Shown here one piece after another: positions 20,081-28,837 of a stretch of DNA of 64,000 nucleotides (its first letter is position 1; each line of letters starts with the position of its first letter). Below the pieces are notes generated by a model. That model was not told where the DNA came from. It worked only from the letters and a program-made list of their open reading frames with translations, and did no database searches. Made by a program: the position numbers and the translations under genes. The DNA is taken from NCBI GenBank assembly GCA_000993565.1, contig LBWK01000001.1:492208-556207 (forward strand). Direction: 5' to 3'. This stretch comes from a candidate division WS6 bacterium GW2011_GWF2_39_15. Its GTDB lineage: Bacteria; Patescibacteriota; Dojkabacteria; SC72.

Positions 20081-21484
20081 ATGACATATAAAGTAAGAAG
20101 GAAACAAATGAATCAAGAGAAGGACAAAAAAGAATTAGTATTGGAAGAACAAGTAGAACACACAAAAGAAGTGAACCAACTTGCTTTAGGCGAAGATATA
20201 ACCCCAAAAATCAAAACTACAGAGCAACAAGGGAAGTCAGAGGCTAAACAGAAAAAGCTAACCATGAATAAATTGGTAGTTTTTCTTGCTGTGTTATTAA
20301 TAGTAGTCGGCGGGGTCATCTATTACTTTGTGAGTGAGAAGATCAAGATAAACCCTCAAAACACTAATAAAGCCCCCCAACAAGTATACAAGGCGGATAG
20401 CCAGGCCATAATAGATGGCAAAGCACTAAGCAACGGATGGTGTGAAGGCGAAGAAAAGCCTAAACTTAATACCCTTCCAATGAAGTACGATGATTTCAGT
20501 TTTATAATTCCTTATGGCCTCAGTGTCGGAGGGCATGTGACGCCGATAGATCATCAGTATTTTTCCCCAACGGTCTTCAATTCCCCTCGTGATACCTACG
20601 ATGTGGTCGCTATGGCCGACTCAACCATCGTTGACATCGGACCACGAACCACTGACAAGGGTACTGAGTACCGCTTTGTCTTTTCACTGAGTTGTAAACT
20701 TTTTTACTATTACGACCTTGTCACCAGCCTCGCACCAGATGTCCAAAAAGTCTATGATGAAAGCAAAAACGGGGGCAGGCCACTAGTATTAAAAGTCAAA
20801 GCTGGACAACTTATCGGCAAGATCGGAGGGCAAACCTTGGACTTTGCCGTGTGGGATATGGACGAAAGACTAAAAGGTTTCGTCGTGCCAGAGCATTATG
20901 ATGGCGAAGGTTGGAAAATACACACCGTTGACCCTCTAAATTATTATACAGAAGAGCTAAAATCGCAGGTATTAACCAAGTACATCCGAACAGCAGAGCC
21001 GATTAGCGGAAAGATAGATTATGATATAGATGGCAAATTAGTAGGAACTTGGTTTAAAGAAGGAACTGTGGGATATATTCCACCTGGAAACGTGGGTGGC
21101 GAAAGCTACTGGAAAGGACATCTTTCATTTGTTTACGACCATTTTGATCCAACAAGCATCGTTATCTCAATTGGAGATTATGCAGGAAAGGAAATGCAGT
21201 TTGGTGTAAAAGGCAACAAACCGAACCCAGCCACCGTAGATACAACCACAGGGCTTGTAAAATACGAGCTAGTAGAGCAAGACTGGGAGAGTTTAAGCGG
21301 AGACTTTTGGGATAGAAATACATTAATAAAAGGCTTAAAAGCAAAAAATCATGAAGAATATGTTGTGGGGACTGTCCTCGTCCAAATGCTTGAAAATAGA
21401 AAAATAAAATTCGAAGCATTTCCAGGTAAAAAAGCATCTCATATCTATGTTTTTACCACTAACGCAAAAATTTTTGAAAGATAG
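20081..21484 (+). CDS. Membrane-anchored exported protein with a degenerate M23/barrel-sandwich-like domain
   Basis: TM LVVFLAVLLIVVGGVIYYFV; GHVTPIDHQYF...VVAMAD...VKAGQLIGKIGG. Confidence 0.6.
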   Translation: MTYKVRRKQMNQEKDKKELVLEEQVEHTKEVNQLALGEDITPKIKTTEQQGKSEAKQKKLTMNKLVVFLAVLLIVVGGVIYYFVSEKIKINPQNTNKAPQQVYKADSQAIIDGKALSNGWCEGEEKPKLNTLPMKYDDFSFIIPYGLSVGGHVTPIDHQYFSPTVFNSPRDTYDVVAMADSTIVDIGPRTTDKGTEYRFVFSLSCKLFYYYDLVTSLAPDVQKVYDESKNGGRPLVLKVKAGQLIGKIGGQTLDFAVWDMDERLKGFVVPEHYDGEGWKIHTVDPLNYYTEELKSQVLTKYIRTAEPISGKIDYDIDGKLVGTWFKEGTVGYIPPGNVGGESYWKGHLSFVYDHFDPTSIVISIGDYAGKEMQFGVKGNKPNPATVDTTTGLVKYELVEQDWESLSGDFWDRNTLIKGLKAKNHEEYVVGTVLVQMLENRKIKFEAFPGKKASHIYVFTTNAKIFER

Positions 21485-21628
21485 AATACACCGAATTGCT
21501 TCACTGACACGCTTGCAAATTTTGGCGAGAAATCCGGAAGCGAAATAGAAAAAGTTCTAGACTCATATATTCACGGTAGTGACAAGCCCTACTCACCCAC
21601 CATTCTCATTTTGATATAATTAAAACCA

Positions 21629-21979
21629 ATGAATAACACTCGCATATTTAAAACCTCTTTCGCCAGTGTCTACCCTCTTTACATACAGAAAGCAGAGAAA
21701 AAAGGCCGTACAAAGAAAGAGGTAGATACAATTATTTGCTGGCTTACAGGATACAACCTACAAACACTACAGGAACAAATTGATAAAGAAAATAGTTTTG
21801 AAACGTTCTTTCAGGAAGCTCCTCAAATAAATCCAAAGGCATCACAAATTAAGGGAGTGATCTGTGGATATCGTATAGAAGAGATTGAAGACAAACTCAT
21901 GCAAAAGATTCGGTACCTTGATAAGCTGATCGATGAACTCGCCAAAGGACGAGCAATGGATAAGATTTTAAGGGAATAG
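21629..21979 (+). CDS. DUF2200-family protein
   Basis: [18 protein letters not shown]; IICWLTGY; [15 protein letters not shown]; [14 protein letters not shown]. Confidence 0.85.
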   Translation: MNNTRIFKTSFASVYPLYIQKAEKKGRTKKEVDTIICWLTGYNLQTLQEQIDKENSFETFFQEAPQINPKASQIKGVICGYRIEEIEDKLMQKIRYLDKLIDELAKGRAMDKILRE

Positions 21980-21992
21980 AAAGATTAAACCT

Positions 21993-22838
21993 CTATATTT
22001 TCACCGCCCTATCTAACACTGCACCAGCACCCTTTAAAAGTGCGTACGTAACTTTATCCATCCTTGTACCATCAAAAATTGCCTGTTTAACCTCACTATA
22101 GTGGAAGAATACATTTCTCAGAGTTGCATTTTTAAATGATGTATTCTTAAAAGAAGAACTACTGAAAACCACTCCCTCAAATTCTTGATTATCAAAGGAG
22201 ACATTATCTAAATCCAGATGACGAAACTCTGTACTATTAAAAATGGTGCCATCAAAGGTTGCACCATGCAGAGCTGAGGCATTAAACTTTGTCCCGGTGA
22301 GATTAGCTCCGCTAAAATTACCGTTCGTCAAATCACTTGCGGCAAAGATAGCATTCGTCAGGTTTGCGTTTATAAACGATGCTCCTCCTACAGCAGCGGC
22401 CCGAAATGTAGAATTGGTAAGGTTTGAGCCGTCAAAAACTGCTCCTATCAATGCACTGTAGCTGAAATCTTCATCAGATAAATCAGAGTCGCTCAGATCA
22501 GCACCCTCTAAAACCGTAGACGCAAATTTAGAAAATCCCATCAACGATTTAGCCTGTTTAACGGTGTTCTTTATTACCCCACGCAACCCGGACACCTGCT
22601 CCTCCCTATTTTCCGGCTTTTCCTTGGTATGAGGAATCTGTTCCATGATCTCTTGAACATCCCCAAACGAATCAACCGCCAACTGATATGCTTCGTCATC
22701 ACTCTTGCCCTGTTTTTTTAAGTCTTTATATTTTTCAACGAGATTGGCAAGTAACTCTTTGGTGACATCTGCCCGTGCAGGAAAACTGCCGTAAGGTGCA
22801 AATGCTTCATCTAAAAATTGCTGTAATTTCTTTTCCAT
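21993..22838 (-). CDS. Pentapeptide-repeat protein with N-terminal permease-prefix (HAAS-like) domain
   Basis: KELLANLVEKYKDL...EAYQLAVDSFGD followed by A(D/N)LxxAxF repeats. Confidence 0.85.
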   Translation of the reverse strand: MEKKLQQFLDEAFAPYGSFPARADVTKELLANLVEKYKDLKKQGKSDDEAYQLAVDSFGDVQEIMEQIPHTKEKPENREEQVSGLRGVIKNTVKQAKSLMGFSKFASTVLEGADLSDSDLSDEDFSYSALIGAVFDGSNLTNSTFRAAAVGGASFINANLTNAIFAASDLTNGNFSGANLTGTKFNASALHGATFDGTIFNSTEFRHLDLDNVSFDNQEFEGVVFSSSSFKNTSFKNATLRNVFFHYSEVKQAIFDGTRMDKVTYALLKGAGAVLDRAVKI

Positions 22839-22846
22839 AGTTTTAT

Positions 22847-23176
22847 TTATAATAATTTATCTAATATTAATTTTGCGAAATCCCAGTTTCTCTTATTACT
22901 TTCATACAATTCACGACCGCTTTGAGTGATGTGGTAATACTTTCGCCTGCTTCCCTGAGTCTCATCCCCCCAATACGAAACAATATGCTTATCATTTTCC
23001 AGGCGCTTCAGACTTGAGTACATAGTAGCTTCTTTTAGTTCGTACTCCTGATCTGAGTTCTCATATACAAGCTTCGTAATTTCGTAGCCATATTTATCGC
23101 CCCCTACTAAAAGGGAGAGAATAATAGTATCGGTATGTCCGCGAAGTAAATCTGCTGATATCTTTTTGCTATCCAT
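22847..23176 (-). CDS. PadR-family transcriptional regulator
   Basis: LLRGHTDTIILSLL; YGYEI; EATMYSSLKRLE; RRKYYHIT. Start at ATG 23176 because the track's TTG lies inside the promoter. Confidence 0.9.
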   Translation of the reverse strand: MDSKKISADLLRGHTDTIILSLLVGGDKYGYEITKLVYENSDQEYELKEATMYSSLKRLENDKHIVSYWGDETQGSRRKYYHITQSGRELYESNKRNWDFAKLILDKLL

Positions 23177-23182
23177 GACTAC

Positions 23183-23217
23183 ATCATACAATAGAATACT
23201 ACGACTGTCAAGGTAGT
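23183..23217 (-). promoter_or_regulatory. PadR operon promoter with candidate operator
   Basis: Minus strand TTGACA, 17 nt spacer, TATGAT; inverted repeat ACTAC-N10-GTAGT (23198-23217) straddles the -35. Confidence 0.65.
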
Positions 23218-23371
23218 GTACAGAATACAGACTTACAGATTTGTATATTTCGGCATGTCTTTACCATAACGGTAAGATATTAGGCTGTGCTGTAAAGAAT
23301 GGCAATATTCAAAAATATCTTATTACATTTGTGCCATAGTCTTTCGAAGCAGAAATTACAATACCGATTAC

Positions 23372-23986
23372 CTACTCAAATTCTGAAATTAGGAAACTAC
23401 CCTTTTTATCCAAGAAGAATTTAAAAGAATCACAGTAATCTACTTTGTGTTTATATCCATTTAATGAAGTCATCAAATATTTAAGATCAATATTTTTTCT
23501 ATGAACCAATCTTAGTAGAAAAAGTCGCATGAACTTAGCATGCGTAAAGATGACTATCTCATCTTGAGGAGACTTTTTTATTTTCGCTATTGTGTTGTCA
23601 ACTCTTTTCACAAATTCTATAAAATTTTCAACGTCTGTATCTGTTCTATGTTCTGGATCGTTCCTTAGCCAATATTCCTTTCTCAGAATTTTCTTTGCTT
23701 CCCCTTCCAATTTATCGGATAAATAATAGTATTCACTTACTTCTTCCCACGTTTCTGCGGCAGAATTAGGATATTTTACTCTTAATGGGTTCGCGGTTTG
23801 CTGAGCTCTTTTATACATAGAACTTACAATCAAGAGAGAAGTTGAGCTTGAATTGAAACTATCCGCAAATGTTTGTGACTGTAAATTCCCTTCGTTAGTT
23901 AAAGAATCTTTTTCCTTCCCTTCGCCTTCATTGCCCTGCATATTCGAAAATGCCTCTCCATGTCTAACTAAACGAATTGTCTTCAT
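23372..23986 (-). CDS. Histidine phosphatase family protein
   Basis: LVRHGEA; SSMYKRAQQTA; IFTHA. Confidence 0.85.
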   Translation of the reverse strand: MKTIRLVRHGEAFSNMQGNEGEGKEKDSLTNEGNLQSQTFADSFNSSSTSLLIVSSMYKRAQQTANPLRVKYPNSAAETWEEVSEYYYLSDKLEGEAKKILRKEYWLRNDPEHRTDTDVENFIEFVKRVDNTIAKIKKSPQDEIVIFTHAKFMRLFLLRLVHRKNIDLKYLMTSLNGYKHKVDYCDSFKFFLDKKGSFLISEFE

Positions 23987-24501
23987 TATTGATGAAGTAG
24001 TTGAATAATTGAGTCGGTAATCTCATCTGCGGTATTTGTTTCAGAGCTAAATACTTGGCAATTTGGATCCCTCTTTTCCAGATACTTATTATACCTAATC
24101 ATAAATTGTTCTTCATTATTTACGGATACAGACTTACCTTCGGCTACTCTAATCGCTAACCTCCGGAGCAATTCTTCCCTACTCGCTTCGATATTCACTT
24201 CTACATATTTATATCCTTTAGTCTTTGCAAGAGAGGTATAAAACTCTCGCATTTCATTCATAATACTTGCGCTTCCTTCAACAATGATTGAAATATCTTT
24301 ATTTACAAGTTCCTTACAAAGTACAAATAATAAATCCATAATCAAAGCCCTATCCTTTTCGGCTTCAAAATCAGAAAGTTGCACTTTTAATTTATCAAAA
24401 GAGGGTCTAAAAAGTCTTTTCTCCTTTTTAAGGATTAAATCGGAGACAGTGGTTTTACCTGCACAAATTGGCCCACCAATCATCAATATATACTTATCCA
24501 T
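23986..24501 (-). CDS. P-loop nucleotide-kinase-like protein (AAA_33/NMP-kinase-like)
   Basis: IGGPICAGKTT; IIVEG; EASREELLRRLAIR; its stop overlaps the phosphatase start. Confidence 0.75.
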   Translation of the reverse strand: MDKYILMIGGPICAGKTTVSDLILKKEKRLFRPSFDKLKVQLSDFEAEKDRALIMDLLFVLCKELVNKDISIIVEGSASIMNEMREFYTSLAKTKGYKYVEVNIEASREELLRRLAIRVAEGKSVSVNNEEQFMIRYNKYLEKRDPNCQVFSSETNTADEITDSIIQLLHQ

Positions 24502-24615
24502 ATACAAATTATATCACAACAAAAAGAATGTACCCTCAGTCTTAGCCTCCTCTAAATTTACAAAATCTGGACTCTTGCTATAATGAATCAGGATCAAACT
24601 AGATAAGAATAGAAA

Positions 24616-25095
24616 ATGAACAAGACGCTCAAACTCGTAATTCTAGTACTTGCTACATTGGTAGTCTTCGGAGGGGCCTTTTTATACTTGTCCCGAGATT
24701 CTAAAGAGCCTCCGAAAGAAGAAGGGAAAAAGACAGAAGATATCACAGAGCCGATTCAAGAAAAACCTGTAAACAAGTTGTGTGACTGGGTTGATGATTC
24801 TGACATCATTATCAAAATAAACTTCGCGGAAGGTGTTGAGAAAGAAAACTCCTACGAAGCGGGTTTCTATTTCAGTCCGATTATATCCACTATGCGAGTA
24901 GCGAGAAAAGAATGTGATTATAGAACAGGTTTTTCATTCACAGAGCTAAAAGGGAAAACTGCCGCAGACGTTGGAGTTAGGAACTACTCAGATAATACAA
25001 GAAGAAAACTGATTGGGGAACCTATTGATGTCAATTTCGATTCAAATGGGGTACCAAATATAGGGACTAGCATTGAGGTAACTATTGCAAACTAG
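24616..25095 (+). CDS. Hypothetical membrane-anchored exported protein
   Basis: N-terminal TM; 159 aa. Confidence 0.65.
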   Translation: MNKTLKLVILVLATLVVFGGAFLYLSRDSKEPPKEEGKKTEDITEPIQEKPVNKLCDWVDDSDIIIKINFAEGVEKENSYEAGFYFSPIISTMRVARKECDYRTGFSFTELKGKTAADVGVRNYSDNTRRKLIGEPIDVNFDSNGVPNIGTSIEVTIAN

Positions 25096-25192
25096 GTAGA
25101 AAGCAGGATTATACTCCCTTACTAATATCTCCGTTTTACTTTTATTAAGTTTGAGGTATATTGTCAGTATACATATATATAATAAAAGGATT

Positions 25193-25759
25193 ATGAAGAA
25201 ACTATTAGTAACTCTTTCCTTCTTTTTTATTATCTTTCTTACCCCTACTCCGCTACATGCAGTAGACAAAATGGTATTTGATTCTACTGATAACTACCTT
25301 GGGGGCTGCCAGTTAACAGATGAATCCGAATGGGAATTAACAAAAGATTTATCTGTTACTACTTTTCAAATGTGGTATAGATGGACAGAAGGAGAGACTT
25401 CCTTACCAATAACTGTTTATAAAGACGGAAAGGAATTTGCAAAATTTGATGCAAAAAGAAGCTCTTGTGACCCATATCAACAACAGTGGTGCAATGCTGA
25501 TTATGTAATGAATAAAACGTTTCCTAAAGGAAAATATTCTACGAAAATTGACAAGGAACAGCAGTGTTTAAAACCTGGTAGCACAGGAACAATCCGTCTA
25601 TATGGAGCGGAAGCAACTACGACATCAACATCTTCTACAAAATCTACTTCATCTTGCAAACAATCGATCGTATTACCAATCGTATTAACAGCGGTGGTAT
25701 CATCAGCACTGACAATAGCGATTCCTCGAATGATATCGAAAAAGAGATCGGCACAATAG
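25193..25759 (+). CDS. Hypothetical exported protein with C-terminal TM anchor
   Basis: Signal peptide MKKLL...LHA; Cys-containing domain; Ser/Thr linker; C-terminal TM. Confidence 0.65.
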   Translation: MKKLLVTLSFFFIIFLTPTPLHAVDKMVFDSTDNYLGGCQLTDESEWELTKDLSVTTFQMWYRWTEGETSLPITVYKDGKEFAKFDAKRSSCDPYQQQWCNADYVMNKTFPKGKYSTKIDKEQQCLKPGSTGTIRLYGAEATTTSTSSTKSTSSCKQSIVLPIVLTAVVSSALTIAIPRMISKKRSAQ

Positions 25760-25809
25760 AGAAGATATCAGTTAAGAGGAATCTTTCTTCTGATGCTCTA
25801 TAATATCCT

Positions 25810-26724
25810 ATGGAATTACCCTCTCATCTTAAATCTCTATACTCTCACCTCCTCAAACATACTATTAAACCTACAAAAGATTTAAGTTTCAATTTCGACA
25901 ATGATCTGTATAAATCCATCATCACTTTCTCTAATGAGCGAATGAGGATATATGAGAATAAATCCCAAGGTTTAAAACCTCCCTATACCTATAATCCCAT
26001 ACTAAAGGAGTTTAGATTCTGTAATATTTACAGAGAATTGGATAAACAAACAATAGACTTTCACACTCTACTAAAACCTTATGTAAATGATCTTCCTCAC
26101 TGGTTGTTAAATATGCTTTTATGCAGATTTATATGTAAACCTGAAACCATTGAAGAGATCGGGTTACTGAGTTTCGATGAGAAAAACAACGCAAAGGTAT
26201 ATGAAAAACTTCTTTCACTCCCCTCTCCCAAGTATGGCAGTGCATATATCTTTCCTATTTCTCTAATTCAAAAATCCAATCATAATACCAGGGAGAAGTT
26301 CTTCTGTTTCTATCTTCCAGAAATTGTTCACAAAGTATCTGACGTTATAAGAATGTTTAAAGATGTATCCGTAATTAATGCCCTTGAAAAAATCCTTCCT
26401 ATATTCAAATATAACTTCAAATTTCACTGGACAGAGGTATTAATAGATATTGCATATCAATATCCTGATTACATAGATCTTTTTAAAAGATTTCCCATAG
26501 GTCCGGGCTCTCTACCTACAATGAAAAGGTTGAATAGTTCAAAACATCCTGAAGATGTATGCCTGGATCTTGTATCAACGGTTCCCAGTAATTTTGAGTA
26601 CCTTACATACAATGGAATACCTCTATATTTAAGTGCAGAAAACTGGGAGGGAATTGGCTGCGAATATAGGAAGTATACAAATCTTAAAGAAGGTAAAGGG
26701 AGAAAGAGAAAATATATAGTATAA
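25810..26724 (+). CDS. aGPT-Pplase1 / 5-hmdU DNA kinase helical-domain family protein
   Basis: ERMRIYENK...PPYTYNPILKEFRFCNIYRELD; YGSAYI; GPGS; ENWEGIGCEYRKY. Confidence 0.7.
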   Translation: MELPSHLKSLYSHLLKHTIKPTKDLSFNFDNDLYKSIITFSNERMRIYENKSQGLKPPYTYNPILKEFRFCNIYRELDKQTIDFHTLLKPYVNDLPHWLLNMLLCRFICKPETIEEIGLLSFDEKNNAKVYEKLLSLPSPKYGSAYIFPISLIQKSNHNTREKFFCFYLPEIVHKVSDVIRMFKDVSVINALEKILPIFKYNFKFHWTEVLIDIAYQYPDYIDLFKRFPIGPGSLPTMKRLNSSKHPEDVCLDLVSTVPSNFEYLTYNGIPLYLSAENWEGIGCEYRKYTNLKEGKGRKRKYIV

Positions 26725-26726
26725 TA

Positions 26727-27236
26727 ATGTATATGTCAGACTTGTTTAAATACGATTCACTCCAAGAATTTTTCAGTATATACCAAAAAGCTGTTCTTAA
26801 CTTCCTAAACCAATATGATCTAGATATATCCGAATTAGTTCCAGATCACTTAGGAGCACTTACACACAATAGTGAAGAGTTTGAGAGCGTTACAACAATA
26901 CTTCTTAGCCACTCTCAAATGATAAAGGAGATTCAACTAAATAACAGAAGGGTTCGTGTTTTCAAATTAAACCATCCTCTTTTAGGAGATTTCACAATTC
27001 CTAAAATTGAGATTTTCGAGCCTAAGCCCGAGTCTGATTTAGCCAAATTAAGGTATGGAATAGAGCATATTTCCTTTACAGTTAAGAATTTTGATAACTT
27101 CGCAAGTGCTGTTGTAAATATCCTTCCAATTGCTAAACAGGGACAGGTAGGAACTTCAAAATTCATGAAAACAGAGATTATTAATACTGTTGAGATAGAA
27201 TTCAGAAGTGATTCATTAGGAGAAGAATATGCATAA
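26727..27236 (+). CDS. VOC/YecM-like metalloprotein
   Basis: PDHLG; NNRRVRVFKL; IEIFEPK; GIEHISF; EIEFR. Confidence 0.7.
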   Translation: MYMSDLFKYDSLQEFFSIYQKAVLNFLNQYDLDISELVPDHLGALTHNSEEFESVTTILLSHSQMIKEIQLNNRRVRVFKLNHPLLGDFTIPKIEIFEPKPESDLAKLRYGIEHISFTVKNFDNFASAVVNILPIAKQGQVGTSKFMKTEIINTVEIEFRSDSLGEEYA

Positions 27237-27954
27237 TTACCTCACCCTATTTAAAACCTTAAAACCCCTTACCGTTGTTTGTATAGGTGACAGTATTACT
27301 TCTCAGGAATGGTGTCATCCTAATTGGTATGACTGGCTTAACTTCACATTCAGACAGAATACAGAATGGGAAAGCGGTGTTAAAAGGAAAATAATCAACT
27401 CTGGACATGACGGGGCAGATGTAGATGATTTTCTAAATAACTTTGATTTGACTATCGCCATTTATAAACCTGACGCTGTAATCGTATCTCTTGGAGACAA
27501 TGAGATAGAAAAACCAGAAGGATTTGAAGGCCGAACACGAAAATTGCTCTCCCGAATACAAAGTATAAACGCTGATATTATCCTTTGGTCAACTTACGAA
27601 GCACCAAATCCTAAATATTCACAGGCTCTTTCAAAGGTAAATGATACATACAAAAGACTGGCTCAAGAGTTCAATGCCGTATATATAGATATGTACTCTG
27701 AATTTAAGAAGTATGATCTTTCTAAACTCTTTACATTTGTATACCCATGGGAAAACAGGCAATGGGGAATGAAGCCGGGAGATATAGATTTTCTGCACTG
27801 TAACGAAATTGGCAACCAAATCATTGCAGAGAAAATACTAAAAGAAGCATTTGATACAGACCTAAACTTTATAAATGAATGGAAAGATTTTGGAACAATG
27901 CACAGGCAAGACACAACGACTTTCAAAAGACCAATTTCCAATAGTTTAAATTAA
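27229..27954 (+). CDS. SGNH/GDSL hydrolase
   Basis: CIGDSIT; NSGHDG; SLGDN; DFLHCNEIG. Confidence 0.85.
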   Translation: MHNYLTLFKTLKPLTVVCIGDSITSQEWCHPNWYDWLNFTFRQNTEWESGVKRKIINSGHDGADVDDFLNNFDLTIAIYKPDAVIVSLGDNEIEKPEGFEGRTRKLLSRIQSINADIILWSTYEAPNPKYSQALSKVNDTYKRLAQEFNAVYIDMYSEFKKYDLSKLFTFVYPWENRQWGMKPGDIDFLHCNEIGNQIIAEKILKEAFDTDLNFINEWKDFGTMHRQDTTTFKRPISNSLN

Positions 27955-27967
27955 ACTTCAGAAAAAT

Positions 27968-28429
27968 ATGAAAAAGGCAGAACAAACATCAATAAACAAT
28001 ATACTCGATAATACCCATCTTCTATCTATGGCAACCATAAAAGAAGGCACGAGTTATATTAATACAGCCTTCTTTGCGTACGATGATATCTACAACCTAT
28101 ACTACCTCTCCCCTTCTGATTCACAACATAGTCTAAATATTAAAGAAAATAATAGTGTAGCTGTTACTGTTTTTGACTCACACCTCACCTTCTCAAATAA
28201 ACTATCCGGTCTGCAAATGTTTGGAACAGCTCAACAGGCAAAGGGGAAAGACCTCTTAAAAGGATTTCTTCTTTACGAAAAAAGATTCTCAATCTTTGGT
28301 GAAGAAATAAAAAGACCAATAGATTTAAAAATATGGCATACAAGAATGTATGTTATTAAGCCTAAAACAATAAAGATATTAGACGAGGCTGCGTTCGGAG
28401 TAGAAACATGGATAACGGTAACAGTCTAA
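27968..28429 (+). CDS. Pyridoxamine 5'-phosphate oxidase-like FMN-binding protein
   Basis: LSMAT; SQHSLNIKENNSVAVTV; GLQMFGTA. Confidence 0.8.
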   Translation: MKKAEQTSINNILDNTHLLSMATIKEGTSYINTAFFAYDDIYNLYYLSPSDSQHSLNIKENNSVAVTVFDSHLTFSNKLSGLQMFGTAQQAKGKDLLKGFLLYEKRFSIFGEEIKRPIDLKIWHTRMYVIKPKTIKILDEAAFGVETWITVTV

Positions 28430-28537
28430 TAAGTCTCCTTCTATTTCATTGATATAAAAGGATTTTCAGAGTATAATGCCCATATCCACGGCTATAAAAC
28501 TTGTAGATAAATTATATAACTTTTACTCCTAACGTTT

Positions 28538-28834
28538 ATGACTGGTGAACAACCCGAAATAAGTAGAGAAGCGGTCACAGGATCAATAATGTTGGCCGCA
28601 AAAGAATTTGACTTTGTTAATCTCAACGATATTAGTCTATCCTTTCAGAATGGAAATATATATCCAACCGTTGCAAACGTCACAATTACTTTTAAACGAA
28701 ATGCTGAAATAAACCAAGGTGCAATTAGAAGGTCAATGGATTCGGTTGCCAGACAATTTAATGGTGCTATAGGAAAAGATGATATCGACAGTGACTACTA
28801 TATGTTCGATATAACATTTGGAGAAAGGTTCTAG
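28538..28834 (+). CDS. Hypothetical protein
   Basis: 98-aa ORF; upstream TTGATA-17-TATAAT at about 28449-28477. Confidence 0.55.
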   Translation: MTGEQPEISREAVTGSIMLAAKEFDFVNLNDISLSFQNGNIYPTVANVTITFKRNAEINQGAIRRSMDSVARQFNGAIGKDDIDSDYYMFDITFGERF

Positions 28835-28837
28835 AAC

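Noticed and set aside
21485-21620. Open stretch reading ...DTLANFGEKSGSEIEKVLDSYIHG...
   Set aside because: It has no start codon or recognisable family; it may be a gene remnant but cannot be supported.
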